Assembly: GCA_001777665.1 (NCBI GenBank)
Contig: MFEQ01000006.1
Location: forward strand, 24,309-88,308
From: Candidatus Doudnabacteria bacterium RIFCSPHIGHO2_02_FULL_42_25
Lineage (GTDB): Bacteria > Patescibacteriota > Doudnabacteria > UBA920 > O2-02-FULL-48-8
DNA length: 64,000 bases
Direction: 5' to 3'
Shown here: piece after piece, positions 47,252-57,545 of the stretch
Layout of the letters: each line of letters begins with the position of its first letter
How positions within the stretch are numbered: the first letter of the stretch is position 1
Notes under the pieces: generated by a model
Database searches by the model: none
What the model saw: only the letters and a program-made list of their open reading frames with translations
Told to the model about the DNA's origin: nothing
Translations under genes and position numbers: made by a program

Positions 47252-48187
47252 TCACAAATCCCAATTAAAACCTCGGCCAAAGTGACCCCAAGTCGCTGTA
47301 TGGGCAAATCGGATTTGATCGAGCAATAAAAATTTCCGAATTCCTTCCGGACTTAAATCATAGCCCGTTATAGATTCTTCATGTCCTTCAATTAAAGCTT
47401 GAGCCATAACTGGAACGGATTTTCCAATGGCATAAGCTAGTTTAACTTGCACGGACTGTGCAGATTTTTTTTTCAAAAAATCGACTGCAATCTTCCTCGC
47501 CATGTAAGCCCCTGACCGGTCAACTTTCGTAAAATCTTTTCCTGAAAACGAGCCTCCCCCGACACTGTACTCTGGACCGTAATTATCAATCACTATTTTG
47601 CGACCGGAAATTCCTGAATCCGCGTCAAAACCACCAATACTCCAATCGCCGGCTGGGTTAATTAAATAATTTTCCGCTGGCAGCAATGTTTTTACCAAAC
47701 TCAATAATTCGTCTGATTTGATATTCTGGAAACTAGCCACCACAGTAATTACTTTCGTACCTTCAACCGTTACTTGGACTTTTCCATCAAAAGGGTGCTT
47801 GTCATAAATTCGTTCGCACAAGTTTCTGGCGAGTTCATACTCCAAAGGCATAAAATTTGGTGTCTGATTGAGAGCATAACCAATCATGATCCCCTGATCT
47901 CCAGCACCACCGAGGTCAACTCCTGCGGCGATAAAACTACTTTGTGGGACAACGTGAACATTCACTTGGAAATTTTCACCGACAATTTTTTTAACTATCG
48001 CCGCTATGTCAACATTGGTATTGCTCCGAATTTCTCCACTCACAGATATCTGATTGTGGCCTCCCATGACTTCTACCGCTACTCGAGAATTACGATCTGA
48101 AACTAAATAAGCATCCAGGATCGAATCCGCGATTAAATCGCAAATTTTATCAGGATGCTTTGGAGTTACAAACTCACAAGTCTTCAT
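47252..48187 (-). CDS. metK: S-adenosylmethionine synthetase (compact)
   Basis: HPDKICD, GAGDQG, GRKIVIDNYG, GGGSFSGKD, KVDRSGAY. Confidence 0.93.
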   Translation of the reverse strand: MKTCEFVTPKHPDKICDLIADSILDAYLVSDRNSRVAVEVMGGHNQISVSGEIRSNTNVDIAAIVKKIVGENFQVNVHVVPQSSFIAAGVDLGGAGDQGIMIGYALNQTPNFMPLEYELARNLCERIYDKHPFDGKVQVTVEGTKVITVVASFQNIKSDELLSLVKTLLPAENYLINPAGDWSIGGFDADSGISGRKIVIDNYGPEYSVGGGSFSGKDFTKVDRSGAYMARKIAVDFLKKKSAQSVQVKLAYAIGKSVPVMAQALIEGHEESITGYDLSPEGIRKFLLLDQIRFAHTATWGHFGRGFNWDL

Positions 48188-48648
48188 TAGTCTATACTCG
48201 TGACTTCGTATTCTGATTTACCAGCTGGGCTATCGACCATAACTTTCGTTCCTTTTTTGGCACCAAGTAAAGCTTTGCCTACCAATGATTCGTTAGAAAT
48301 TTTACCTTGAGCTGGGTTGGCTTCGTTTGCCCCGACAATTGTATATTTTACTTCGCGTCCACTAACACTGGCGGTTACAGTAGAACCAATGCTGACAATA
48401 TTATGATTTGTGGCGTGGGAAATGATTTCTGCGTTCTTAATCATTTCTTCCAGTTCCATGATCCGACCCTCGATGAAGGCCTGTTCTTCTTTGGCCTGGG
48501 CATAATCCGCGTTTTCAGACAGATCGCCGTGCGAAACAGCTTCCTGGATGCGTTCTATGACTTCATGTCGTCGTTCTTCTTTCAACACTTTTAATTCGTC
48601 TTGCAGCTTTTTCAAACCTTCTTCAGTAAGTAAAACTTGTCTATTCAT
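48187..48648 (-). CDS. greA: Transcription elongation factor GreA
   Basis: HGDLSENADY, AKEEQAFIEGRI. Confidence 0.95.
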   Translation of the reverse strand: MNRQVLLTEEGLKKLQDELKVLKEERRHEVIERIQEAVSHGDLSENADYAQAKEEQAFIEGRIMELEEMIKNAEIISHATNHNIVSIGSTVTASVSGREVKYTIVGANEANPAQGKISNESLVGKALLGAKKGTKVMVDSPAGKSEYEVTSID

Positions 48649-48747
48649 CCCGTTAGAAATCCTTATTTTAATTAATTATATCTTTAAGCTTCCACAATTG
48701 CCCGTTTATTCCAATAACATTTAAAATTACTGGAAATTTCTAACGGG
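48649..48747. repeat. 99-bp element with cccgttagaaat/atttctaacggg TIR and ATGAAT direct repeat
   Basis: attcat at 48643-48648 and at 48748-48753. Confidence 0.88.
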
Positions 48748-48836
48748 ATTCATATTCTATTTATTAATATCCGACAATAATACCTGCGGTTGAGCAGGCA
48801 GGAACAATACTATGCTATTTTCTAAACAATGTCAAT

Positions 48837-49205
48837 TCAAGCCCGTCTTTTGGCTTTTTTCTCAATCTTCTCAAACTCGGTTTGCAAACTATCCAATTCT
48901 TTGTCTGGCAAATCTTCAGCATCAATCAAGGTGTCTCTGGCTCGTTTAAGGGCGTGCAATAACTCATCAAGTTTGATGTGAATAGCTTTCGTTTCTCTGT
49001 TCTGGGTGTTCTGGATCAAAAATACCATCAGGAAAGTCAGCACTGTGGTCGTAGTATTGATAAATAGCTGCCAGGTATCAGAATAATCGAATTTGGGTCC
49101 AGAAAATCCCCAAATGATAACTATCAGTAATGCGAGAACAAAGACCCATGGCCTCCCAACTTGTTCAGAAGCAAAATGTGCAATTTTTCGAAAGAGTTCA
49201 TGCAT
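48837..49205 (-). CDS. Low-affinity iron permease (Fet4-like) family protein
   Basis: YSDTWQLFINTTTT, FLIQNTQNR, KLDELL. Confidence 0.88.
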   Translation of the reverse strand: MHELFRKIAHFASEQVGRPWVFVLALLIVIIWGFSGPKFDYSDTWQLFINTTTTVLTFLMVFLIQNTQNRETKAIHIKLDELLHALKRARDTLIDAEDLPDKELDSLQTEFEKIEKKAKRRA

Positions 49206-49226
49206 GGCTATATTATACCATTAGGT

Positions 49227-49267
49227 TTGACATTTTCGCCATGTCAGCTAGTATTTCTTTAAGGAGG
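49227..49267 (+). promoter_or_regulatory. Sigma70-type promoter and SD of cassette 3
   Basis: TTGACA-16-TAGTAT; AAGGAGG at 49261-49267. Confidence 0.6.
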
Positions 49268-49271
49268 ATTC

Positions 49272-49721
49272 ATGCGCGACCCATTAATCAAAGTTCTCGT
49301 TGTGGTTGCGGTGCTGTTTGTCCTGGCATCTGCGGCATTTCTCTTGCTGATAGTGCCTCACGAGAAAGTGGAGGGATCGTCTTCACGACGTGTTCGAGCA
49401 GCAGCACTGATTGAACGGTTGCGCTTCGTCAATCAGCATCCGGAACAGCTCAAAAGCGGTCAGACTATCAGGATAAGGACTATAGACGATGCCATCCTGC
49501 TCCAGCTGGAGGGTCCGACTTATGTCGGTGTTGGGATGAACAAGTACGAAATCCTCGTCAACCTCAATGGTCAAGTTGAAATTCCTGACCGCAACGGTGA
49601 TGGACTGTACGACGGTTGTTTCGAGTGTTCAGTGGAGTCAGATTCTGAACAGATCCAGGAAGTTTTCGACAGCGGCATTGAAACGGCGCTGAAGGAACTA
49701 GGGGTCAGCCCGTCAAGCTGA
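49272..49721 (+). CDS. Hypothetical protein with N-terminal TM (ORFan)
   Basis: SD, DRNGDG motif, terminator 49747-49773. Confidence 0.7.
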   Translation: MRDPLIKVLVVVAVLFVLASAAFLLLIVPHEKVEGSSSRRVRAAALIERLRFVNQHPEQLKSGQTIRIRTIDDAILLQLEGPTYVGVGMNKYEILVNLNGQVEIPDRNGDGLYDGCFECSVESDSEQIQEVFDSGIETALKELGVSPSS

Positions 49722-49786
49722 ATATTCGATCGCGGCGATGGGCAGCGTCTCTCCGCTCGGAGAGACTTTTTTTATTTCTCACACCT

Positions 49787-49814
49787 ACCTAGTTGCCCAT
49801 ATGGGCAACTAGGT
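49787..49814. repeat. 28-bp perfect palindrome, CCCATATGGG family
   Basis: acctagttgcccat|atgggcaactaggt. Confidence 0.95.
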
Positions 49815-49922
49815 TAAATACAAAAAGTGAATAATAATATTAGTATTAATTATAGAATAGAAATGGATCCCGGATCGCCCTTCGCCTTTTCTTAGCCCTC
49901 GAGAACGTAGCGTCCGGGATGG

Positions 49923-51854
49923 TTAAGGGTGAAAACGATTCTGCGCCCACCAGGTGTACATGTCTTTCGCGATTGGCACTGCAACGGCGTGACCTTCACC
50001 TGCCCCTTCCATAATCACTGTAAAAGCGATTTGAGGATCACTATATGGCGCATACGATGTCCACCAAGCATGGGTTCGATTAAGATCCCTGGCATCGAAC
50101 TGTGCAGTACCGGTCTTGCCAGCGACTTCCACGCCAACGTTTAATAGTCCCCGTCCAGAACCAATCAAAACTGTCTGACGCATGCCTTCTTGAACCACTT
50201 TCACAATATCCGAATTAAAAATATTTTCCGACAATATTTTCGGTTCTCCTTTGGCTAAAACTTTGCCTGTATTATGTTCTACTACTTCATTCAAAAGATA
50301 AGGTTGCATAATTTTTCCACCGTTCGCGATTGTCGCAGTCCAATTATTGACTTGAAGTGGAGTGGTTAAAACATCACCCTGTCCGATCGACATGTGATAG
50401 GTATTCCCCAAATACCACGGTTCTTTTTTTACTCGTTCTTTCCATGCCGGATCAGGAACGAGCCCCGGCTTTTCACTAGGCAGATCTATACCTAGAGTTG
50501 AACCTAAGTTTAATTTTCGAAACCAACTAGCTATCTTATCTGGTCCCATACCTTTAAATCCTGTGGCGGTATTTCCACCGCCCACGGTATAAAAATAAAT
50601 ATCAGAAGATCTGGCAATGGCTGAATAAATATCCATCAGACCCAAACCTTCACGCTCATAACCATAAAATGTAAATGCTCCGACCCGGATTACACCATTA
50701 TCGAGAATTTTTGTTTCTGTGTTCACTGTTCCTTCAGAAAGAGCAGCTAAAGCCATCGCTGGTTTAATCGTAGAGCCCGGTGGATATGTCCCACTAACCA
50801 CTCGATTCAAAAGCGGATTGTTTTCATCGTTGATAAGCGCACTATACTCGTTGTTTTTTATGCCGTGAGCAAAAAGGTTCGTATCAAATCCAGGCAATGA
50901 AATCAGAGCTAAAATTTCACCAGTCTGGGGATTAGTCGCAACTGCAGCTCCTCGTTTCGTGCCAGTCTTGCCTAACATAGCAACCATGCTATCATAAATA
51001 ACTTTTTGCAAATCAAAATCGATATTTAATTTAACATTGCTCCCAGGAATTGCTGGGACCTCGGCCAAGGTTTTTTTATATACTCCTTCGGCATCGACTT
51101 CTGCTTGTTTTTTTCCCAAAATTCCCCGTAAATATTCTTCGTATTGAACTTCGATTCCTGTTTTCCCGATGTAGTCGTTCAAAATATAATCCTTTCCAGA
51201 ATTTTCTTTCAGTTCGTCAGCGGTAATTTTACCGGTGTATCCAGTTAAATGTGCAACAGCAGCTGGATCTTTATAGTCACGAATAGGATTGTTTTGAACT
51301 GCAAACCCCTTTAGATCCTCTTGTTTCGCGATCAAAACTAATGCCTGCTCCTTACTAATATTTTGGACCAAGGTTTGCGCAGAGAATAAATCAGGAGTGA
51401 GGTTTTGTACCGTTTGACTCAACAAATTGGTATCCACTCCAAGAATTGAAGCAATTTGTGTGAGGCGACCATCAAATTCAATTTTGTCTTTCGGAAAATC
51501 AGCTGTGATGGCGACTAACTCAAAGCTGGGCCTGTTGCTAGCTATTATTTTGTCATTTCGATCGAGTAATAACCCTCGAGGTGCGAGTAGAAATTGAGTC
51601 CGAAGTTTATTACCTTCCGCGAGTGCCCGGTATTCCGAACCTTTCACCCCCTGAAGATAAAGAATTCGGATAGACAAAACTGACAAGCACAAAAAAATTA
51701 TTAATCCCAAAACTCGATAATTTATCTGCTCCCGCTCTTCGTCCATAACTTCCGCCTCTTCCATTTCCAAGCCCAAAAAAGCTTCATCGAAAGCTAAATT
51801 CTTGCCACGGTTCAAAAATTTGTTAGTCGAACTATAAACGAATGGATTTTTCAT
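49923..51854 (-). CDS. mrdA: Penicillin-binding protein 2
   Basis: APRG, YPPGSTIK, SSD, AGKTGTAQ; follows mreBCD. Confidence 0.92.
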   Translation of the reverse strand: MKNPFVYSSTNKFLNRGKNLAFDEAFLGLEMEEAEVMDEEREQINYRVLGLIIFLCLSVLSIRILYLQGVKGSEYRALAEGNKLRTQFLLAPRGLLLDRNDKIIASNRPSFELVAITADFPKDKIEFDGRLTQIASILGVDTNLLSQTVQNLTPDLFSAQTLVQNISKEQALVLIAKQEDLKGFAVQNNPIRDYKDPAAVAHLTGYTGKITADELKENSGKDYILNDYIGKTGIEVQYEEYLRGILGKKQAEVDAEGVYKKTLAEVPAIPGSNVKLNIDFDLQKVIYDSMVAMLGKTGTKRGAAVATNPQTGEILALISLPGFDTNLFAHGIKNNEYSALINDENNPLLNRVVSGTYPPGSTIKPAMALAALSEGTVNTETKILDNGVIRVGAFTFYGYEREGLGLMDIYSAIARSSDIYFYTVGGGNTATGFKGMGPDKIASWFRKLNLGSTLGIDLPSEKPGLVPDPAWKERVKKEPWYLGNTYHMSIGQGDVLTTPLQVNNWTATIANGGKIMQPYLLNEVVEHNTGKVLAKGEPKILSENIFNSDIVKVVQEGMRQTVLIGSGRGLLNVGVEVAGKTGTAQFDARDLNRTHAWWTSYAPYSDPQIAFTVIMEGAGEGHAVAVPIAKDMYTWWAQNRFHP

Positions 51855-52362
51855 AAATTGGTAATCTCGAAGCTAAATTTTGAATCCAAGTGTAATACAT
51901 TAAAATTGGATAAGTAAAAATCAAATTCCAGAGTAGAAGCAATGGTAATCTCGAGCTAAGTAAATACATAAAGTCGATTTGAGTGACTAAATTAAACCAG
52001 GAAAAAATATAACTGACAAAGATTACAGAGAAAAAATAAACCAATGTCGAACCCAAAACCGCAACGCCTAATATGAATCGATTCGCTTCTCTGGCCAATA
52101 TTTCATTTAAAATAAAGTGGAGAATCAAAAATGCTAATAAAAAACTAATGGTCATTACGCCGTCCGGCAGCCCTGACATAAAGTCAGTGATCAGTCCACC
52201 CATAAGTGTAATGATCAGCCCTTGATTAAACTCTGACAGCAAAGTTGCTATCGCCACGACAATCAATACCAAATTCACGGAGATTATATGAAGCGGGACT
52301 AAAATACCATTTTGCAAAACCAGCAAAAGTATTAAGGCGAAAAACCAAATAATATTTCTCAT
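51832..52362 (-). CDS. mreD: Rod shape-determining protein MreD
   Basis: Polytopic, GLITDFMSG, position between mreC and mrdA. Confidence 0.75.
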   Translation of the reverse strand: MRNIIWFFALILLLVLQNGILVPLHIISVNLVLIVVAIATLLSEFNQGLIITLMGGLITDFMSGLPDGVMTISFLLAFLILHFILNEILAREANRFILGVAVLGSTLVYFFSVIFVSYIFSWFNLVTQIDFMYLLSSRLPLLLLWNLIFTYPILMYYTWIQNLASRLPIYEKSIRL

Positions 52363-52505
52363 CCCAGTATATCAACTTCGATAATGGTTTTTGAGTTCGC
52401 TTTTGCGAACAAAACCAGTTTAAATATATTATTTTCAAAAATCATTGAGTTAAAGTTAGTTATTCAAAAACCATTGGGCAAAAGCATCGAAGTTGTATTA
52501 CTGGG
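52363..52505. repeat. 143-bp hairpin element (copy 2) filling the mreC stop to mreD start gap
   Basis: Three substitutions counted relative to 2526-2668. Confidence 0.92.
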
Positions 52506-53306
52506 TTATTGGATAATAAACAAAAATTTAATATTTCGAAGATCAGCCGCTGGTGTCACAAACGCTTTCTGGAACAAGTCTGTGGATGATGAACGAATAG
52601 AGCTGATGCGCCCAATCAATAAGCCGCGGGGAAATTCTTCTGAAAGACCAGAGGTAATCACGGCATCTCCGGTTTTGATTAATTCATTCTGGGTTACTAA
52701 ATCCAAACTCAATCCCAAACCATGCTCGCCTTTTATCAACCCTTTCGCAGTAGAGTCAACGACTTCAGAATTGACCACAATTCCCGGGTCAGTAATCAAA
52801 AGCACCTCTGCCGAGCGTTCACTGACATTTGTAACTTTGCCGACCAAAATTCCTGGCTGCACAACCACAGGTTGCCCTATTTCAATATTATGATTTTTGC
52901 CTTTATCGACAATTACGACTTGTGAAAAACCGGTGGTATCGAGGGTCAGCGCTTCCACGGGCAACAAATTAAAAGGCCCTTGCTCGCTAAAATTCAAAGC
53001 ATTCCGAAGTGCTGCATTTTCATTTTGAGCGGATTTTAACCGAGCATTTTCAAAAGCCAGTTGATCGACTTCAGCGCTTAATTTCGCATTCTCTGAAACC
53101 AATTTGCGAATTGTAAATAAGGTACTAAAAGTAACTTTAACACTGGTTGTCGCCGCCTTTAACTTCGAGGTAACAAAACTAAAACCGCGAAAAAAACCAT
53201 CCTTCGCCCACCCAATGTACCCAGTTGCATCGGAAATTATAAGCAATGCAATGAGTACAAAGACTATAAAAATCTTCGTAAAAGTTTTCGAATAAATAAA
53301 TCTCAT
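52506..53306 (-). CDS. mreC: Rod shape-determining protein MreC
   Basis: ENAALRNALNF, VDKG, GILVGKV, ITSGL..FPRGL. Confidence 0.92.
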   Translation of the reverse strand: MRFIYSKTFTKIFIVFVLIALLIISDATGYIGWAKDGFFRGFSFVTSKLKAATTSVKVTFSTLFTIRKLVSENAKLSAEVDQLAFENARLKSAQNENAALRNALNFSEQGPFNLLPVEALTLDTTGFSQVVIVDKGKNHNIEIGQPVVVQPGILVGKVTNVSERSAEVLLITDPGIVVNSEVVDSTAKGLIKGEHGLGLSLDLVTQNELIKTGDAVITSGLSEEFPRGLLIGRISSIRSSSTDLFQKAFVTPAADLRNIKFLFIIQ

Positions 53307-53309
53307 ACG

Positions 53310-54368
53310 CTACCTTGGAATTTGCTCAAATTCAGTAAGCACTAAAACATCTTTCAGGCTGGATAAATCTTCTAGGACTATGCCAGTTCCTCGGACCACA
53401 GCGGTGAGTGGGTCGTCTGTCACTACAACTGGCATTCCAGTTTCTTCTGCAACCAATTTATCAAACCCTCGAAGTAGTGCGCCTCCGCCAGCTAATGTAA
53501 TACCCCGATCCATAATATCGGCAATCAACTCTGGTGGAGTTTCTTCAACCACAGATTTGATATTATTGACTATTACTCGAACTGAACGCAAAATCGCGGT
53601 TCGAATCTGTTCATCATTGACTTGAATTTCTTTGGGCAGACCAGTAACTAAATCCCGCCCGCGAATAGCGGTTTTTAATCGTTCTCGCATCGGAAGCGCT
53701 GAACCGATTTTTATTTTTACATCTTCTGCAGTACGCTCGCCCAATAATAAATTAAATTCATCTCGCGCAAATTGAATAATATTTTCATTCATTTCATCAC
53801 CCGCGATTCGAATGGATCTGGATACCACAATCCCACCTAAAGAGATCACAGCTATTTCTGCAGTCCCACCACCAATATCCACAATAAATGAGCCTTGCGG
53901 ATCCTGGACCGGTAATCTAGCCCCAATAGCGGCAGCCATCGGCTCTTCAATCAAAAAAGCCATTCTCGCTCCAGCGTTTAGAGTAGCATCCTGGACAGCT
54001 CTTTTCTCGACTTCGGTAACACCAGAAGGAATCCCGATCACGACACGTGGCCGAGACAAAAAACCAAGCGCGGCTTTGTTAACTTTTTCTATAAAATACT
54101 TCAACATCTGTTCAGTGATTTCAAAGTCCGAAATGACTCCATCAACCAGCGGTCGATGTGCTACGATATGTGCCGGCGTGCGCCCGACCATTCGTTTGGC
54201 TTCGTCACCGATTGCCAATATTTGTCTGGTTTTTTGATTAATCGCAACAACAGATGGTTCATTAATAACAATACCCTTGCCCTTAACATAGACAAGAGTA
54301 TTGGCAGTTCCTAAATCAATGCCTATATCTTTTGAAAATTTATCGTAAACTAAATCAAGTATCGCCAC
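53310..54368 (-). CDS. mreB: Rod shape-determining protein MreB
   Basis: GIDLGTANT, EPSVVA, DIGGGT, GGGALL. Confidence 0.96.
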   Translation of the reverse strand: MAILDLVYDKFSKDIGIDLGTANTLVYVKGKGIVINEPSVVAINQKTRQILAIGDEAKRMVGRTPAHIVAHRPLVDGVISDFEITEQMLKYFIEKVNKAALGFLSRPRVVIGIPSGVTEVEKRAVQDATLNAGARMAFLIEEPMAAAIGARLPVQDPQGSFIVDIGGGTAEIAVISLGGIVVSRSIRIAGDEMNENIIQFARDEFNLLLGERTAEDVKIKIGSALPMRERLKTAIRGRDLVTGLPKEIQVNDEQIRTAILRSVRVIVNNIKSVVEETPPELIADIMDRGITLAGGGALLRGFDKLVAEETGMPVVVTDDPLTAVVRGTGIVLEDLSSLKDVLVLTEFEQIPR

Positions 54369-54412
54369 GGCTGGGGAAATTTAATTATAGGCAGATTTTG
54401 TTTTAAATTGTT

Positions 54413-55651
54413 TTATTTTAGACTCTTCGTGAGGTCCTTTACTTTAACGATTGATGTTCGCTCACTGTTTCGATCTTTAATTTCAACAGAATCGCTTTCT
54501 AAGGTTTTATCCGAGACCAAAATTCGAGTAGGTATACCAATTAAGTCAGCATCCGCGAATTTTTCTCCAGCTCGGGTATCTCGCTGATCATATAGTACTG
54601 AAAAGCCCTGTTCCTGTAAAGCATTGTAAATTTTATCCGAATCTTTTTGATCTTTGGCAATATTTATCAGATGTAAATCAAAAGGTGACACTGATTTTGG
54701 CCAAATGATCCCCTTTTCATCGTGGAATTTTTCCACAATTACTCCCATCAATCGGGTGATTCCGATGCCGTAGGAACCCAAAATCACCGGGACACTGTTG
54801 CCTTGTTCGTCTTTATAATACAATTTCATCTGCTCGGATTTAATCGAGCCAAAATTGAAAATGTTTCCCGTTTCAGATGCTTGCACTTCTTCCAGATCAT
54901 TCTTTTTTAAGCCGAGTTGATCCAAAACTTTATCATCCATCACTTCTTTATTGACTGCGACGTTTTTCTCTCGTGACAAATATATTGTATCCTCGCCACC
55001 TGGAAGTAATGTTTGAAACTCGTGACTAAATTGCGTAAATGCCCCGCCAGATGCAAATGTTAAGAACGTATCATTACCCAACCCGACTCTTTCAAAAACT
55101 TTGAGATAGGATTGGATGGCTTGGTTGTAAAAATCTTCGTGTGCTGCGGGATCTGTAGTATATGAATACATGTCCTTCATCAAAAACTCACGACCGCGCA
55201 AAATCCCGCTCTTTGCACGTAACTCATTACGTAGTTTAGTTTGAAATTGGTAAACAAAAATTGGCAAGTCACGATAGCTTTGGATATATTCTTTCATCAT
55301 CTCTGTGATCTGTTCTTCGTGAGACCAACCTAGGCCAACTTCGGTGCCACTTTTGAGTTTGGATTTAAACCAAATATCGACTTTTTTATCATCCCAACGG
55401 TCAGTTTTTTCCCAAAGTTCTTTCGATTGCAGAGTTGTCATGATCAATTCTTTGCCACCGATCGCATTCATTTCCTCTCGGATAATTTGCTTGATTTTTT
55501 CGATAACCATTAAGCCCAGCGGTAAATACGAATAGACCCCGGCCATTTCTTTGTGAATGAACCCGGCCCGAATCAAAAGCTGCGCATTTATCGCTTCTTC
55601 ATCTTTTGGAGCTTGTTTTAACGTCTTAGTAAATAGTTCGCTTTGTAACAT
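54413..55651 (-). CDS. proS: Proline--tRNA ligase (short form)
   Basis: LLIRAGFI, RNELRAKSGILRGREFLMKD, GSYGIG, GEKFADADLIG. Confidence 0.92.
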   Translation of the reverse strand: MLQSELFTKTLKQAPKDEEAINAQLLIRAGFIHKEMAGVYSYLPLGLMVIEKIKQIIREEMNAIGGKELIMTTLQSKELWEKTDRWDDKKVDIWFKSKLKSGTEVGLGWSHEEQITEMMKEYIQSYRDLPIFVYQFQTKLRNELRAKSGILRGREFLMKDMYSYTTDPAAHEDFYNQAIQSYLKVFERVGLGNDTFLTFASGGAFTQFSHEFQTLLPGGEDTIYLSREKNVAVNKEVMDDKVLDQLGLKKNDLEEVQASETGNIFNFGSIKSEQMKLYYKDEQGNSVPVILGSYGIGITRLMGVIVEKFHDEKGIIWPKSVSPFDLHLINIAKDQKDSDKIYNALQEQGFSVLYDQRDTRAGEKFADADLIGIPTRILVSDKTLESDSVEIKDRNSERTSIVKVKDLTKSLK

Positions 55652-55689
55652 ATGAAGCAATTATAGCAATTATTCAAAAACAGTGTCTA

Positions 55690-55794
55690 GCGAGGCACTT
55701 TGTAAAATTAACTCGCGCAGGTCGACGGACCGAGCGCGTAGGCCGAAAATTCAGCAGAATTTTACGGCCGGTAATTTTACAACAGTGCCGAGCG
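55690..55794 (+). repeat. Branched structured element, copy C
   Basis: actcgcgcaggtcgacggaccgagcgcgtaggccgaaaattcagcagaattttacggcc core. Confidence 0.85.
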
Positions 55795-55895
55795 ATCTAT
55801 TGACAAAAGACTTAAAAATGAGAATAATTAGTAGTTGTATTCGGCAACAGTGACCAAATCATTGCTGCGGAAGCAAAAATTCAAGGAGGGTAAGG

Positions 55896-56210
55896 GTGAA
55901 CAAAACCGAGCGAGCAGAACTGGCAAAGAAGGCTTTTGCGCTGGCAATCAACGCACGGATACGTAAAACTCCAAGTTTGGCCCACATTCACGTTCTTGAT
56001 CTTGAGTACAGCAACAGCTGGCCCGTGACTTGCGTCTGGAGCGTACCGGCAACTGTGTCCGCTACTGTCGATAGGGTGTACGCCGACATTTTCCTGGACG
56101 AAGAGTGGCGTGAATTCGTGGTTTGCATCACACGAATGGCGAACGAAGGCTACTCGATCTCCCACAACGATTTCAGTCACTACCCAGCTCAACTACTCAC
56201 GCCGAGGTGA
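55896..56210 (+). CDS. Hypothetical protein (GC-rich ORFan, cassette 4)
   Basis: TTGACA(55800)-17-AATAAT, AAGGAGG, GTG start, hairpin plus T run at 56275-56327. Confidence 0.65.
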   Translation: MNKTERAELAKKAFALAINARIRKTPSLAHIHVLDLEYSNSWPVTCVWSVPATVSATVDRVYADIFLDEEWREFVVCITRMANEGYSISHNDFSHYPAQLLTPR

Positions 56211-56334
56211 ACAACTCCAACGATAGCGGGAGCCAAACAAGCGCCTGCCACGGTTGAAACGCACTAGGACGTGAAAAACGCGGAGGGTTTAAAGACTCAA
56301 AATCTTCTACTCCCCGCGTTTTCTTTTGCCATTC

Positions 56335-56366
56335 TACGTATTTTATGCGATCGCGCATTTTACGTA
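56335..56366. repeat. TACGTA-N6-GCGATCGC-N6-TACGTA site; direct repeat of 57514-57545
   Basis: One mismatch between the two copies. Confidence 0.9.
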
Positions 56367-56960
56367 TTATATTCTTTTTACAGCTTCAATGAACATTTTG
56401 TTAGTATCGTCAGATACAATTATGAGCCCTCGCACTATTCTTCTGTATGCAGGATCATCGGATTGGCCTCTTCCTCTCGTTATATGATCGAAGCCTCCTA
56501 CTGCAGTCACTAAAATCCAAGGATTGTGCTCTTCCACATCAGGTAATTCATGCCGGTGCTCATTGAAATCCCGACGGTATTCATCTAACCGTAACTGCAG
56601 TAATTTATCCCAATCGATCAAGAATTTCTCCTCAATCCCGAAAGATTTTAAAATTTCTTTGTATGCAGTGAGAATTCCATTTTTTACTTCTTTCAAATAC
56701 TCCCTAAAAAAATCTTCGTGAAAATTAATCAGTGTTTCAGTTTGAAAATAGACTAAACAGAGCGCCGTGACTACTAATTCATTAAAGATCCGATCTTGTT
56801 CAGTTTGGGATAACGAGTCAAAATTAATTTCGCTTCTAAAATCTATATTTCGAAATAAGTCAAAAGCTGACTTTATTGCCTTCATAGTAATGGCCACAGT
56901 ATCTTTTGCCGAATTTGGAGGACCGTAAACAAGTTTTCTGAACATAAAATAGAGTCTCAC
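56367..56960 (-). CDS. Hypothetical protein
   Basis: 197-aa ORF enclosed by GCGATCGC-family sites. Confidence 0.7.
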   Translation of the reverse strand: MRLYFMFRKLVYGPPNSAKDTVAITMKAIKSAFDLFRNIDFRSEINFDSLSQTEQDRIFNELVVTALCLVYFQTETLINFHEDFFREYLKEVKNGILTAYKEILKSFGIEEKFLIDWDKLLQLRLDEYRRDFNEHRHELPDVEEHNPWILVTAVGGFDHITRGRGQSDDPAYRRIVRGLIIVSDDTNKMFIEAVKRI

Positions 56961-56965
56961 TACGC

Positions 56966-57514
56966 CTAATTGTGCGATCGTGTATTTTGCGTAGAATCAA
57001 ACAGCATTCTGCCTTCTAGGATATTAACATTTAATTCTACTTGTAATTCTTTTAATAGCTCTTTAAATTCTGGTAGTAGCTCCCAAGGTCCGATAAAAAC
57101 ACTCTTTTGCAACATCATAAAGCCGTTTTGAATTAAAAATCGTCTTAAAAATTGTCTGGCTTTTTTCTTTTCTTCGGGGATATCAAACATAACTAGAGTT
57201 GAAAATCCGTTATTCTTTGCCCTTCTCAACTTTCTTGAGTATATATATTTCAAACTCCTTGCCCGCCCTAAATTCGTTATCTGATAGTATGTTTTTCTTT
57301 CTTTTTTGATTTTTTTTACTAAGCCATCTCTGTCTAGTTCCCAAAAAGCTCTGGAAATTTTATAGCGATCATAATATTTAAGCCTTTTGATATATTGATA
57401 CTTGCCTTCAAAAGGATAAGGAATCAGCTCCCCCATATCGCGCAAAAACCAAAGCAATTCTCCAGTAATTGTCTTTAGACGCTTCTTGATTTTTCTTTTG
57501 GTAGTACGTTTCAT
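56966..57514 (-). CDS. PaaX-like protein: winged HTH plus Cas2-like domain (copy 1)
   Basis: LDRDGLV...YQITNLG wing; LVMFDIPE, GFMMLQKSVF. Confidence 0.8.
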   Translation of the reverse strand: MKRTTKRKIKKRLKTITGELLWFLRDMGELIPYPFEGKYQYIKRLKYYDRYKISRAFWELDRDGLVKKIKKERKTYYQITNLGRARSLKYIYSRKLRRAKNNGFSTLVMFDIPEEKKKARQFLRRFLIQNGFMMLQKSVFIGPWELLPEFKELLKELQVELNVNILEGRMLFDSTQNTRSHN

Positions 57515-57545
57515 ACGTATTTTACGCGATCGCGCATTTTACGTA
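57514..57545. promoter_or_regulatory. GCGATCGC-family site between the -10 box and ATG of PaaX-like gene 1
   Basis: Minus strand gcTATAATacgtaaaatgcgcgatcgcgtaaaatacgtATG. Confidence 0.75.

Noticed and set aside
12926-57545. GCGATCGC as cyanobacterial HIP1
   Set aside because: Only a few copies were noticed, centred in 32-bp sites, not highly iterated through coding DNA.
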